Part shown: positions 1-12,600 of the stretch, piece by piece
How the letters are laid out: the number at the start of each line of letters is the position of its first letter
How positions within the stretch are numbered: position 1 is the first letter of the stretch
Source: the human T2T-CHM13v2.0 reference genome, Homo sapiens
Length of the DNA: 64,000 nucleotides
Assembly: GCF_009914755.1 (NCBI RefSeq)
Contig: NC_060939.1
Reading direction: 5' to 3' (one strand)
Made by a program: the position numbers and the translations under genes
The notes under the pieces: generated by a model
Told to the model about the DNA's origin: nothing
What the model saw: only the letters and a program-made list of their open reading frames with translations
Databases searched by the model: none

Positions 1-3000
1 ATTCCATTCCATTCCATTCCACTTGATTCCACTCCATTCCCTTCCACTGCATTCCATTCGAATCCATTCAATTGCATTGCATTCCATTCCATTGGATTGC
101 ATTCCATTCGCTTCCATTCCATTCGTGTCCATTCCATTCGTGTCCATTCCATGCCAGTCCATTCCATTTGTGTCCACTGCATTCCATTCCACTCCATTCC
201 ATATTATTCCATTACACTCCATTCCATTCTATTACAGTCATTTCCATTCAATTCCATTCCATTTGATTCCATTCCACTCGGTTTCATTCCATTTGAGTCC
301 ATTCCATTCCATTCCATTCAGTTCCATTCCATTCTGTTGCATTCCTTTCCATTCCATTCCATTCCATTCGGTACCATTCCATATTGTTCCATTCGATTCC
401 ATTCGAATCCATACCATTCCAGTCCATTCCATTCGATTCCATTAGATTCCTTTCAATTCCATTCCATTCCATTCCATTCCACTTGATTCCACTCCCTTCC
501 CTTCCACTGCATTCCATTCGAATCCATTCCATTGCATTGCATTCCATTCCATTGGATTGCATTCCATTCGATTCCATTCCATTCGAATCAATTACATAGC
601 AATCCATTACATTCGAGTCTGTTCTATTCCGTTGCACTCGATTTCGTTCCAATCCATTCGATTCCATTCCATTCGATTCCATTCCATAATATTGCATTCC
701 ATTCGATTAAATTATATTCGAATAAGTTCCATTCAAGACCATTTCTTTTGAGTCCATTCTATTTGAGTCCATTCCCTTTGATTCCATAACATTTGAGTCC
801 ATTCAATTCCATTCCTTTCGTTTCCATTCCATTTGATGCCATTCCATTCAATTCTGTTCTACTCGACTCCAATACATTCAATTCCATTCCATCCGATTCC
901 ATTACATTCTTTTCATTTCTTATCCATTTCAAGCCATTCCATTCCATTCCATTCCACTCGTTTCCTTTCCATTCGAGTCCATTCCTCTCCAGTCCATTCC
1001 GTTCAATCCATTCCATTCCAGTCCATTCCATTCCAGTCCGTTCCATTCCAGTCCATTCCATTCGAGTCAATTCCATTACATTCGATGTCTTTCCATAACG
1101 ATCCATTCCATTCTATTCCTTTCGATTCCATTCCGTTCTATTTGATTCCATTCGATTCCCTTCCATTGGACTCCTTTCCATTCGAGTGCATTCCATTCCG
1201 TTCCATTTCTTTCCGTTCTGAACGATTCCTACCGTTCGATTTCATTTTGTTCCAGTCCATTCCTTTCGCGTCCATTCCATTCCATTTCACTCCATTCGAT
1301 TCCATTCCATTCGATTCCATTCCACTCGATTCCACTTCGTTCCTTTTCATTGCATTCCATTCTATTCAACTCTATTGCCTTCCATTCCATTCCATTCGAT
1401 TACATTCCATGCGATTCCATTCGAAATCGAATCAATTACATTGCAATCCATTACTATTGAGTCCGTTTTATTCCAGTCCACTGCATTCTGGTCCATTCCA
1501 TTTGATTCCATTCCATTCTATTCCATTCCATAGAGTTGCATTCCATTGGATTCCATTCTATATCTATAAATTCAATTCGAGACCATTGTTTTTGAGTCCA
1601 TTCTATATGATTCCATTCCATTCAAGTCCATTACATTTGGTTCAATTCCATTCCATTCCATTCCCTTCCATTCCATTCCATTTGATATCAATCCATTCGA
1701 TTCCATTCCATTCGAGCACATTCCATTCGAGTCCATTCCATTCGATGCCATTCCATTTGATTCTATTCCATTAGTCTCCATTCAATTCCATTAATCTCCA
1801 TTCCATTCCATTCTACTCCAACTGATTCCATTCCATTCTATTCCTTTCCATTCCATTTCATTCCATTCCATGCCATTCCATTCCATTCCATTCCATTCCA
1901 TTCATGTCCATTCCACTCCAGTCCATTCCATTCGTGTCCATTCCATTCCAGTCCATTCCATTTGTGTCCACTGCATTCCATTCCACTCCATTCCATATTA
2001 TTCCATTACACTCCATTCCATTCTATTACTTTCATTTCCATTCAATTCCATTCCATTTGATTCCATTCCACTCGGTGTCATTCCATTTGAGTCCATTCCA
2101 TTCCATTCCATTCCATTCCATTCCATTCCATTCCTTTCCATTCAGTTCCATTCCATTCTGTTCCATTTCATTCCATTCCATTCCATTCCATTCGGTAGCA
2201 TTCCATATTGTTCCATTCGATTCCATTCGAATCCATTCCATTCCAGTCCATTCCATTCGATTCCATTCCATTCCTTTCAATACAATTCCATTCCACTTAA
2301 TTCCACTCCATTCCCTTCCACTGCATTCCATTCGAATCCATTCAATTGCATTCCATTCCATTCCATTGGATTGCATTCCATTCGATTCCATTCCATTCGA
2401 ATCAATTACATAGCAATCCATTACATTCGAGTCTATTCTATTCCGTTCCATTCGATTTCTTTCCAATGCATTCGATTACATTCCATTCGATTCCTTTCCA
2501 TACTATTGCATTCCATTCGATTAAATTATATTCGAATAAGTTCCATTCAAGACCATTTCTTTTGAGTCCATTCTATTTGAGTCCATTCCCTTTGATTCCA
2601 TAACATTTGAGTCCATTCAATTCCATTCCTTTCGTTTCCATTCCATTTGATGCCATTGCATTCAGTTCTGTTCTACTCGACTCCAATACATTCAATTCCA
2701 TTCTATCCGATTCCAATACATTCTTTTCATTTCGTATCCATTTCCAGCCATTCCATTCCATTCCATTCCACTCGTTTCCTTTCCATTCGAGTCCATTCCT
2801 CTCCAGTCCATTCCGTTCAATCCATTCCATTCCAGTCCATTCCATTCGAGTCTGTTCCATTCCAGTCCATTCCATTCGAGTCAATTCCATTCCATTCGAT
2901 GTCTTTCCGTAACGATCCATTCCATTCTATTCCTTTCGATTCCATTCCATTCTATTTCATTCCATTCGATTCCCTTCCATTGGACTCCTTTCCATTCGAG

Positions 3001-3600
3001 TGCATTCCATTCCGTTCCATTTCTTTCCGTTCTGTACGATTCCTACCGTTCGATTTCATTTTGTTCCAGTCCATTCCTTTCGCGTCCATTCCATTCCATT
3101 TCACTCCATTCGATTCCATTCCATTCGATTCCATTCCACTCGATTCCACTTCGTTCCATTTCATTGCATTCCATTCTATTCAACTCTATTGCCTTCCATT
3201 CCATTCCATTCGATTACATTCCATGCGATTCCATTCGAAATCGAATCAATTAGATTGCAATCCATTACTATTGAGTCCGTTTTATTCCAGTCCACTGCAT
3301 TCTGGTCCATTCCATTTGATTCCATTCCATTCTATTCCATTCCATACAGTTGCATTCCATTGGATTCCATTCTATATCTATAAATTCAATTCGAGACCAT
3401 TGCTTTTGAGTCCATTCTATATGATTCCATTCCATTCAAGTCCATTACATTTGGTTCAATTCCATTCCATTCCATTCCCTTCCATTCCATTCCATTTGAT
3501 ATCAATCCATTCGATTCCATTCCATTCGAGCACATTCCATTCGAGTCCATTCCATTCCATGCCATTCCATTTGATTCTATTCCATTAGTCTCCATTCAAT
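1..3600 (+). repeat. Monomer lineage A: more diverged units (partial first unit, U1, head of U2)
   Basis: CGATTAAATTAT (~705, ~2518); CACTGCATTCCATTCGAATCC (46, 506, 2319); an extra 15-bp block at ~1300 and ~3115 (313-aa vs 308-aa ORF); many private substitutions. Confidence 0.7.
585..1644 (+). repeat. Internal diverged direct repeat within the monomer (585-800 vs 1429-1644; present in every unit)
   Basis: GAATCAATTACAT(A/T)GCAATCCATTAC at 585 and 1429, GACCATT(T/G)..TTTGAGTCCATTCTAT at 737 and 1581, and CCAT(A/T)ACATTTG at 784 and 1628 all lie at a constant 844-bp offset. Confidence 0.85.
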
Positions 3601-6600
3601 TCCATTAATCTCAATTCCATTCCATTCTACTCCAACTGATTTCATTCCATTCTATTCCTTTCCATTCCATTTCATTCCATTCCATTCCATTCGCTTCCAT
3701 TCCATTCGTGTCCATTCCACTCCAGTCCATTCCATTCATGTCCATTCCATTCCAGTCCATTCCATTTGTGTCCAATGCATTCCATTCCACTCCATTCCAT
3801 ATTATTCCATTACACTCCATTCCATTCTATTACTTTCATTTCCATTCAGTTCCATTCCATTTGATTCCATTCCACTCGGTTTCATTCCATTTGAGTCCAC
3901 TCCATTCCATTCCATTCCATTCCATTTAGTTCCATTCCATTCTGTTCCAATCCATTCCATTCCATTGCATTCCATTCCATTCGGTAACATTCCATATTGT
4001 TCCACTCGATTCCATTCGAATCCATTCCATTCCAGTCCATTCCATTCGATTCCATTCCATTCCTTTACATTCCATTCCATTCCATTCCATTCCACTTGAT
4101 TCCACTCCATTCCCTTCCACTGCATTCCATTCGATTCCATTCCATTGCTTTGCATTCCATTCCATTGGACTGCATTCCATTCGATTCCATTCTTTTCGAA
4201 TCAATTACATAGCAATCCATTACATTCGAGTCTATTCTATTCCGTTCCATTCGATTTCGTTCCAATCCATTCGATTCCATTCCATTCGATTCCATTCCAT
4301 ACTATTGCATTCCATTCTATTACATTATATTCGAATAAGTTCCATTCAAGACCATTTCTTTTGAGTCCATTCTATTTGAGTCCATTCCCTTTGATTCCAT
4401 AACATTTGAGTCCATTCAATTCCATTCCTTTCGTTTCCATTCCATTTGATGCCATTCCATTCAATTCTGTTCTACTCGACTCCAATACATTCAATTCCAT
4501 TCCATCCGATTCCATTACATTCTTTTCATTTCTTATCCATTTCTAGCCATTCCACTCCATTCCATTCCACTCGTTTCCTTTCCATTCGAGTCCATTCCTC
4601 TCCAGTCCATTCCGTTCAATCCATTCCATTCCAGTCCATTCCATTCGAGTCCGTTCCATTCCAGTCCATTCCATTCGAGTCAATTCCATTCCATTCGATG
4701 TCTTTCCATAACGATCCATTCCATTCTATTCCTTTCGATTCCATTCCATTCTATTTCATTCCATTCGATTCCCTTCCATTGGACTCCTTTCCATTCGAGT
4801 GCATTCCATTCCGTTCCATTTCTTTCCGTTCTGTACGATTCCTACCGTTCGATTTCATTTTGTTCCAGTCCATTCCTTTCGCGTCCATTCCATTCCATTT
4901 CACTCCATTCGATTCCATTCCACTCGATTCCACTTCGTTCCATTTCATTGCATTCCATTCTATTCAACTCCATTGCCTTCCTTTCCATTCCATTCGATTA
5001 CATTCCATGCGATTCCATTCGAAATCGAATCAATTACATTGCAATCCATTACTATTGAGTCCGTTTTATTCCAGTCCACTGCATTCTGGTCCATTCCATT
5101 TGATTCCATTCCATTCTATTCCATTCCATACAGTTGCATTCCATTGGATTCCATTCTATATCTATAAATTCAATTCGAGCTCATTGCTTTGGAGTCCATT
5201 CTATATGATTCCATTCCATTCAAGTCCATTACATTTGGTTCAATTCCATTCCATTCCATTCCCTTCCATTCCATTCCAGTTGATATCAATCCATTCGATT
5301 CCATTCCATTCGAGCACATTCCATTCGAGTCCATTCCATTCGATGCCATTCCATTTGATTCTATTCCATTAGTCTCCATTCAAATCCATTAATCTCCATT
5401 CCATTCCATTCTACTCCAACTGATTCCATTCCATTCTATTCCTTTCCATTCCATTTCATTCCATTCCATTGCATTTCATTCCATTCCATTCCATTCGCTT
5501 CCATTCCATTCGTGTCCATTCCACTCCAGTCCATTCCATTCATGTCCATTCCATTCCAGTCCATTCCATTTGTGTCCACTGCATTCCATTCCACTCCATT
5601 CCATATTATTCCATTGCACTCCATTCCATTCTATTACTTTCATTTCCATTCAATTCCATTCCATTTGATTCCATTCCACTCGGTTTCATTCCATTTGAGT
5701 CCACTCCATTCCATTCCATTCCATTCCATTCAGTTCCATTCCATTCTGTTCCAATCCATTCCATTCCATTGCATTCCATTCCATTCGGTACCATTCCATA
5801 TTGTTCCATTCGATTCCATTCGAATCCATTCCATTCCAGTCCATTCCATTCGATTCCATTCCATTCCTTTACATTCCATTCCATTCCATTCCATTCCACT
5901 TGATTCCACTCCATTCCCTTCCACTGCATTCCATTCGATTCCATTCCATTGCATTGCATTCCATTCCATTGGACTGCATTCCATTCGATTCCATTCCTTT
6001 CGAATCAATTACATAGCAATCCATTACATTCGAGTCTATTCTATTCCGTTCCATTCGATTTCGTTCCAATCCATTCGATTCCATTCCATTCGATTCCATT
6101 CCATACTATTGCATTCCATTCTATTACATTATATTCGAATAAGTTCCATTCAAGACCATTTCTTTTGAGTCCATTCTATTTGAGTCCATTCCCTTTGATT
6201 CCATAACATTTGAGTCCATTCAATTCCATTCCTTTCGTTTCCATTCCATTTGATGCCATTCCATTCAATTCTGTTCTACTCGACTCCAATACATTCAATT
6301 CCATTCCATCCGATTCCATTACATTCTTTTCATTTCTTATCCATTTCTAGCCATTCCACTCCATTCCATTCCACTCGTTTCCTTTCCATTCGAGTCCATT
6401 CCTCTCCAGTCCATTCCGTTCAATCCATTCCTTTCCAGTCCATTCCATTCGAGTCCGTTCCATTCCAGTCCATTCCATTCGAGTCAATTCCATTCCATTC
6501 GATGTCTTTCCATAACGATCCATTCCATTCTATTCCTTTCGATTCCATTCCATTCTATTTCATTCCATTCGATTCCCTTCCATTGGACTCCTTTCCATTC

Positions 6601-9600
6601 GAGTGCATTCCATTCCGTTCCATTTCTTTCCGTTCTGTACGATTCCTACCGTTCGATTTCATTTTGTTCCAGTCCATTCCTTTCGCGTCCATTCCATTCC
6701 ATTTCACTCCATTCGATTCCATTCCACTCGATTCCACTTCGTTCCATTTCATTGCATTCCATTCTATTCAACTCCATTACCTTCCTTTCCATTCCATTCG
6801 ATTACATTCCATGCGATTCCATTCGAAATCGAATCAATTACATTGCAATCCATTACTATTGAGTCCGTTTTATTCCAGTCCACTGCATTCTGGTCCATTC
6901 CATTTGATTCCATTCCATTCTATTCCATTCCATACAGTTGCATTCCATTGGATTCCATTCTATATCTATAAATTCAATTCGAGCTCATTGCTTTGGAGTC
7001 CATTCTATATGATTCCATTCCATTCAAGTCCATTACATTTGGTTCAATTCCATTCCATTCCATTCCCTTCCATTCCATTCCAGTTGATATCAATCCATTC
7101 GATTCCATTCCATTCGAGCACATTCCATTCGAGTCCATTCCATTCGATGCCATTCCATTTGATTCTATTCCATTAGTCTCCATTCAAATCCATTAATCTC
7201 CATTCCATTCCATTCTACTCCAACTGATTCCATTCCATTCTATTCCTTTCCATTCCATTTCATTCCATTCCATTCCATTCGCTTCCATTCCATTCGTGTC
7301 CATTCCACTCCAGTCCATTCCATTCATGTCCATTCCATTCCAGTCCATTCCATTTGTGTCCACTGCATTCCATTCCACTCCATTCCATATTATTCAATTA
7401 CACTCCATTCCATTCTATTACTTTCATTTCCATTCAATTCCATTCCATTTGATTCCATTCCACTCGGTTTCATTCCATTTGAGTCCACTCCATTCCATTC
7501 CATTCCATTCCATTCAGTTCCATTCCATTCTGTTCCAATCCATTCCATTCCATTGCATTCCATTCCATTCGGTACCATTCCATATTGTTCCATTCGATTC
7601 CATTCGAATCCATTCCATTCCAGTCCATTCCATTCGATTCCATTCCATTCCTTTACATTCCATTCCATTCCACTTGATTCCACTCCATTCCCTTCCACTG
7701 CATTCCATTCGATTCCATTCCATTGCATTGCATTCCGTTCCATTGGACTGCATTCCTTTCGATTCCATTCCATTCGAATCAATTACATAGCAATCCATTA
7801 CATTCGAGTCTATTCTATTCCGTTCCATTCGATTTCGTTCCAATCCATTCGATTCCATTCCATTTGATTCCATTCCATACTATTGCATTCCATTGTATTA
7901 CATTATATTCGAATAAGTTCCATTCAAGACCATTTCTTTTGAGTCCATTCTATTTGAGTCCATTCCCTTTGATTCCATAACATTTGAGTCCATTCAATTC
8001 CATTCCTTCGTTTCCATTCCATTTGATGCCATTCCATTCAATTCTGTTCTACTCGACTCCAATACATTCAATTCCATTCCATCCGATTCCATTACATTCT
8101 TTTCATTTCTTATCCATTTCAAGCCATTCCACTCCATTCCATTCCACTCGTTTCCTTTCCATTCGAGTCCATTCCTCTCCAGTCCATTCCGTTCAATCCA
8201 TTCCATTCCAGTCCATTCCATTCGAGTCCGTTTCTTTCCAGTCCATTCCATTCGAGTCAATTCCATTCCATTCGATGTCTTTCCATAACGATCCATTCCA
8301 TTCTATTCCTTTCGATTCCATTCCATTCTATTTCATTCCATTCGATTCCCTTCCATTGGACTCCTTTCCATTCGAGTGCATTCCATTCCGTTCCATTTCT
8401 TTCCGTTCTGTACGATTCCTACCGTTCGATTTCATTTTGTTCCAGTCCATTCCTTTCGCGTCCATTCCATTCCATTTCACTCCATTCGATTCCATTCCAC
8501 TCGATTCCACTTCGTTCCATTTCATTGCATTTCATTCTATTCAACTCTATTGCCTTCCATTCCATTCCATTCGATTACATTCCATGCGATTCCATTCGAA
8601 ATCGAATCAATTACATTGCAATCCATTACTATTGAGTCCGTTTTATTCCAGTCCACTGCATTCTGGTCCATTCCATTTGATTCCATTCCATTCTATTCCA
8701 TTCCATACAGTTGCATTCCATTGGATTCCATTCTATATCTATAAATTCAATTCGAGACCATTGCTTTGGAGTCCATTCTATATGATTCCATTCCATTCAA
8801 GTCCATTAAATTTGGTTCAATTCCATTCCATTCCATTCCCTTCCATTCCATTCCAATTGATATCATTCCATTCGATTCCATTCCATTCGAGCACATTCCA
8901 TTCGAGTCCACTCCCTTAGATGCCATTCCATTTGATTCTATTCCATTAGTCTCCATTCAATTCCATTAATCTCCATTCCATTCCATTCTACTCCAACTGA
9001 TTCCATTCCATTCTATTCCTTTCCATTCCATTTCATTCCATTCCATTCCATTCCATTTCATTCCAATCCATTCCATTCGCTTCCATTCCATTCGTGTCCA
9101 TTCCACTCCAGTCCATTCCATTCGTGTCCATTCCATTCCAGTCCATTCCATTTGTGTCCACTGCATTCCATTCCACTCCATTCCATATTATTCCATTGCA
9201 CTCCATTCCATTCTATTACTTTCATTTCCATTCAATTCCATTCCATTTGATTCCATTCCACTCGGTTTCATTCCATTTGAGTCCACTCCATTCCATTCCA
9301 TTCCATTCCATTCAGTTCCATTCCATTCTGTTCCAATCCATTCCATTCCATTGCATTCCATTCCATTCGGTACCATTCCATATTGTTCCATTCGATTCCA
9401 TTCGAATCCATTCCATTCCAGTCCATTCCATTCGATTCCATTCCATTCCTTTACATTCCATTCCATTCCATTCCATTCCACTTGATTCCACTCCATTCCC
9501 TTCCACTGCATTCCATTCGATTCCATTCCATTGCATTGCATTCCATTCCATTGGACTGCATTCCATTCGATTCCATTCCTTTCGAATCAATTACATAGCA

Positions 9601-12600
9601 ATCCATTACATTCGAGTCTATTCTATTCCGTTCCATTCGATTTCGTTCCAATCCATTCGATTCCATTCCATTCGATTCCATTCCATACTATTGCATTCCA
9701 TTCTATTACATTATATTCGAATAAGTTCCATTCAAGACCATTTCTTTTGAGTCCATTCTATTTGAGTCCATTCCCTTTGATTCCATAACATTTGAGTCCA
9801 TTCAATTCCATTCCTTTCGTTTCCATTCCATTTGATGCCATTACATTCAATTCTGTTCTACTCGACTCCAATACATTCAATTCCATTCCATCCGATTCCA
9901 TTACATTCTTTTCATTTCTTATCCATTTCTAGCCATTCCACTCCATTCCATTCCACTCGTTTCCTTTCCATTCGAGTCCATTCCTCTCCAGTCCATTCCG
10001 TTCAATCCATTCCATTCCAGTCCATTCCATTCGAGTCCGTTCCATTCCAGTCCATTCCATTCGAGTCAATTCCATTCCATTCGATGTCTTTTCATAACGA
10101 TCCATTCCATTCTATTCCTTTCGATTCCATTCCATTCTATTTCATTCCATTCGATTCCCTTCCATTGGACTCCTTTCCATTCGAGTGCATTCCATTCCGT
10201 TCCATTTCTTTCCGTTCTGTACGATTCCTACCGTTCGATTTCATTTTGTTCCAGTCCATTCCTTTCGCGTCCATTCCATTCCATTTCACTCCATTCGATT
10301 CCATTCCACTCGATTCCACTTCGTTCCATTTCATTGCATTCCATTCTATTCAACTCCATTACCTTCCTTTCCATTCCATTCGATTACATTCCATGCGATT
10401 CCATTCGAAATCGAATCAATTACATTGCAATCCATTACTATTGAGTCCGTTTTATTCCAGTCCACTGCATTCTGGTCCATTCCATTTGATTCCATTCCAT
10501 TCTATTCCATTCCATACAGTTGCATTCCATTGGATTCCATTCTATATCTATAAATTCAATTCGAGCTCATTGCTTTGGAGTCCATTCTATATGATTCCAT
10601 TCCATTCAAGTCCATTACATTTGGTTCAATTCCATTCCATTCCATTCCCTTCCATTCCATTCCAGTTGATATCAATCCATTCGATTCCATTCCATTCGAG
10701 CACATTCCATTCGAGTCCATTCCATTCGATGCCATTCCATTTGATTCTATTCCATTAGTCTCCATTCAAATCCATTAATCTCCATTCCATTCCATTCTAC
10801 TCCAACTGACTCCATTCCATTCTATTCCTTTCCATTCCATTTCATTCCATTCCATTCCATTCGCTTCCATTCCATTCGTGTCCATTCCACTCCAGTCCAT
10901 TCCATTCATGTCCATTCCATTCCAGTCCATTCCATTTGTGTCCACTGCATTCCATTCCACTCCATTCCATATTATTCAATTACACTCCATTCCATTCTAT
11001 TACTTTCATTTCCATTCAATTCCATTCCATTTGATTCCATTCCACTCGGTTTCATTCCATTTGAGTCCACTCCATTCCATTCCATTCCATTCCATTCAGT
11101 TCCATTCCATTCTGTTCCAATCCATTCCATTCCATTGCATTCCATTCCATTCGGTACCATTCCATATTGTTCCATTCGATTCCATTCGAATCCATTGCAT
11201 TCCAGTCCATTCCATTCGATTCCATTCCATTCCTTTACATTCCATTCCATTCCACTTGATTCCACTCCATTCCCTTCCACTGCATTCCATTCGATTCCAT
11301 TCCATTGCATTGCATTCCATTCCATTGGACTGCATTCCATTCGATTCCATTCCATTCGAATCAATTACATAGCAATCCATTACATTCGAGTCTATTCTAT
11401 TCCGTTCCATTCGATTTCGTTCCAATCCATTCGATTCCATTCCATTCGATTCCATTCCATACTATTGCATTCCATTGTATTACATTATATTCGAATAAGT
11501 TCCATTCAAGACCATTTCTTTTGAGTCCATTCTATTTGAGTCCATTCCCTTTGATTCCATAACATTTGAGTCCATTCAATTCCATTCCTTCGTTTCCATT
11601 CCATTTGATGCCATTCCATTCAATTCTGTTCTACTCGACTCCAATACATTCAATTCCATTCCATCCGATTCCATTACATTCTTTTCATTTCTTATCCATT
11701 TCAAGCCATTCCACTCCATTCCATTCCACTCGTTTCCTTTCCATTCGAGTCCATTCCTCTCCAGTCCATTCCGTTCAATCCATTCCATTCCAGTCCATTC
11801 CATTCGAGTCCGTTTCTTTCCAGTCCATTCCATTCGAGTCAATTCCATTCCATTCGATGTCTTTCCATAACGATCCATTCCATTCTATTCCTTTCGATTC
11901 CATTCCATTCTATTTCATTCCATTCGATTCCCTTCCATTGGACTCCTTTCCATTCGAGTGCATTCCATTCCGTTAGATTTCTTTCCGTTCTGTACGATTC
12001 CTACCGTTCGATTTCATTTTTTTCCAGTCCATTCCTTTCGCGTCCATTCCATTCCATTTCACTCCATTCGATTCCATTCCACTCGATTCCACTTCGTTCC
12101 ATTGCATTGCATTTCATTCTATTCAACTCTATTGCCTTCCATTCCATTCCATTCGATTACATTCCATGCGATTCCATTCGAAATCGAATCAATTACATTG
12201 CAATCCATTACTATTGAGTCCGTTTTATTCCAGTCCACTGCATTCTGGTCCATTCCATTTGATTCCATTCCATTCTATTCCATTCCATACAGTTGCATTC
12301 CATTGGATTCCATTCTATATCTATAAATTCAATTCGAGACCATTGCTTTGGAGTCCATTCTATATGATTCCATTCCATTCAAGTCCATTACATTTGGTTC
12401 AATTCCATTCCATTCCATTCCCTTCCATTCCATTCCAATTGATATCAATCCATTCGATTCCATTCCATTCGAGCACATTCCATTCGAGTCCACTCCCTTA
12501 GATGCCATTCCATTTGATTCTATTCCATTAGTCTCCATTCAATTCCATTAATCTCCATTCCATTCCATTCTACTCCAACTGATTCCATTCCATTCTATTC

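Noticed and set aside
715-735. Canonical heat-shock element around TTCGAATAAGTTC
   Set aside because: The spacing does not match alternating nGAAn/nTTCn units (0- and 4-bp gaps rather than 2). Only head-to-tail TTC repeats are present.
1558-1575. TATA-box-like CTATATCTATAAA once per unit
   Set aside because: It aligns with TTATATTCGAATAAG in the other half-monomer, so it is a decayed pentamer stretch. No other promoter evidence is present.
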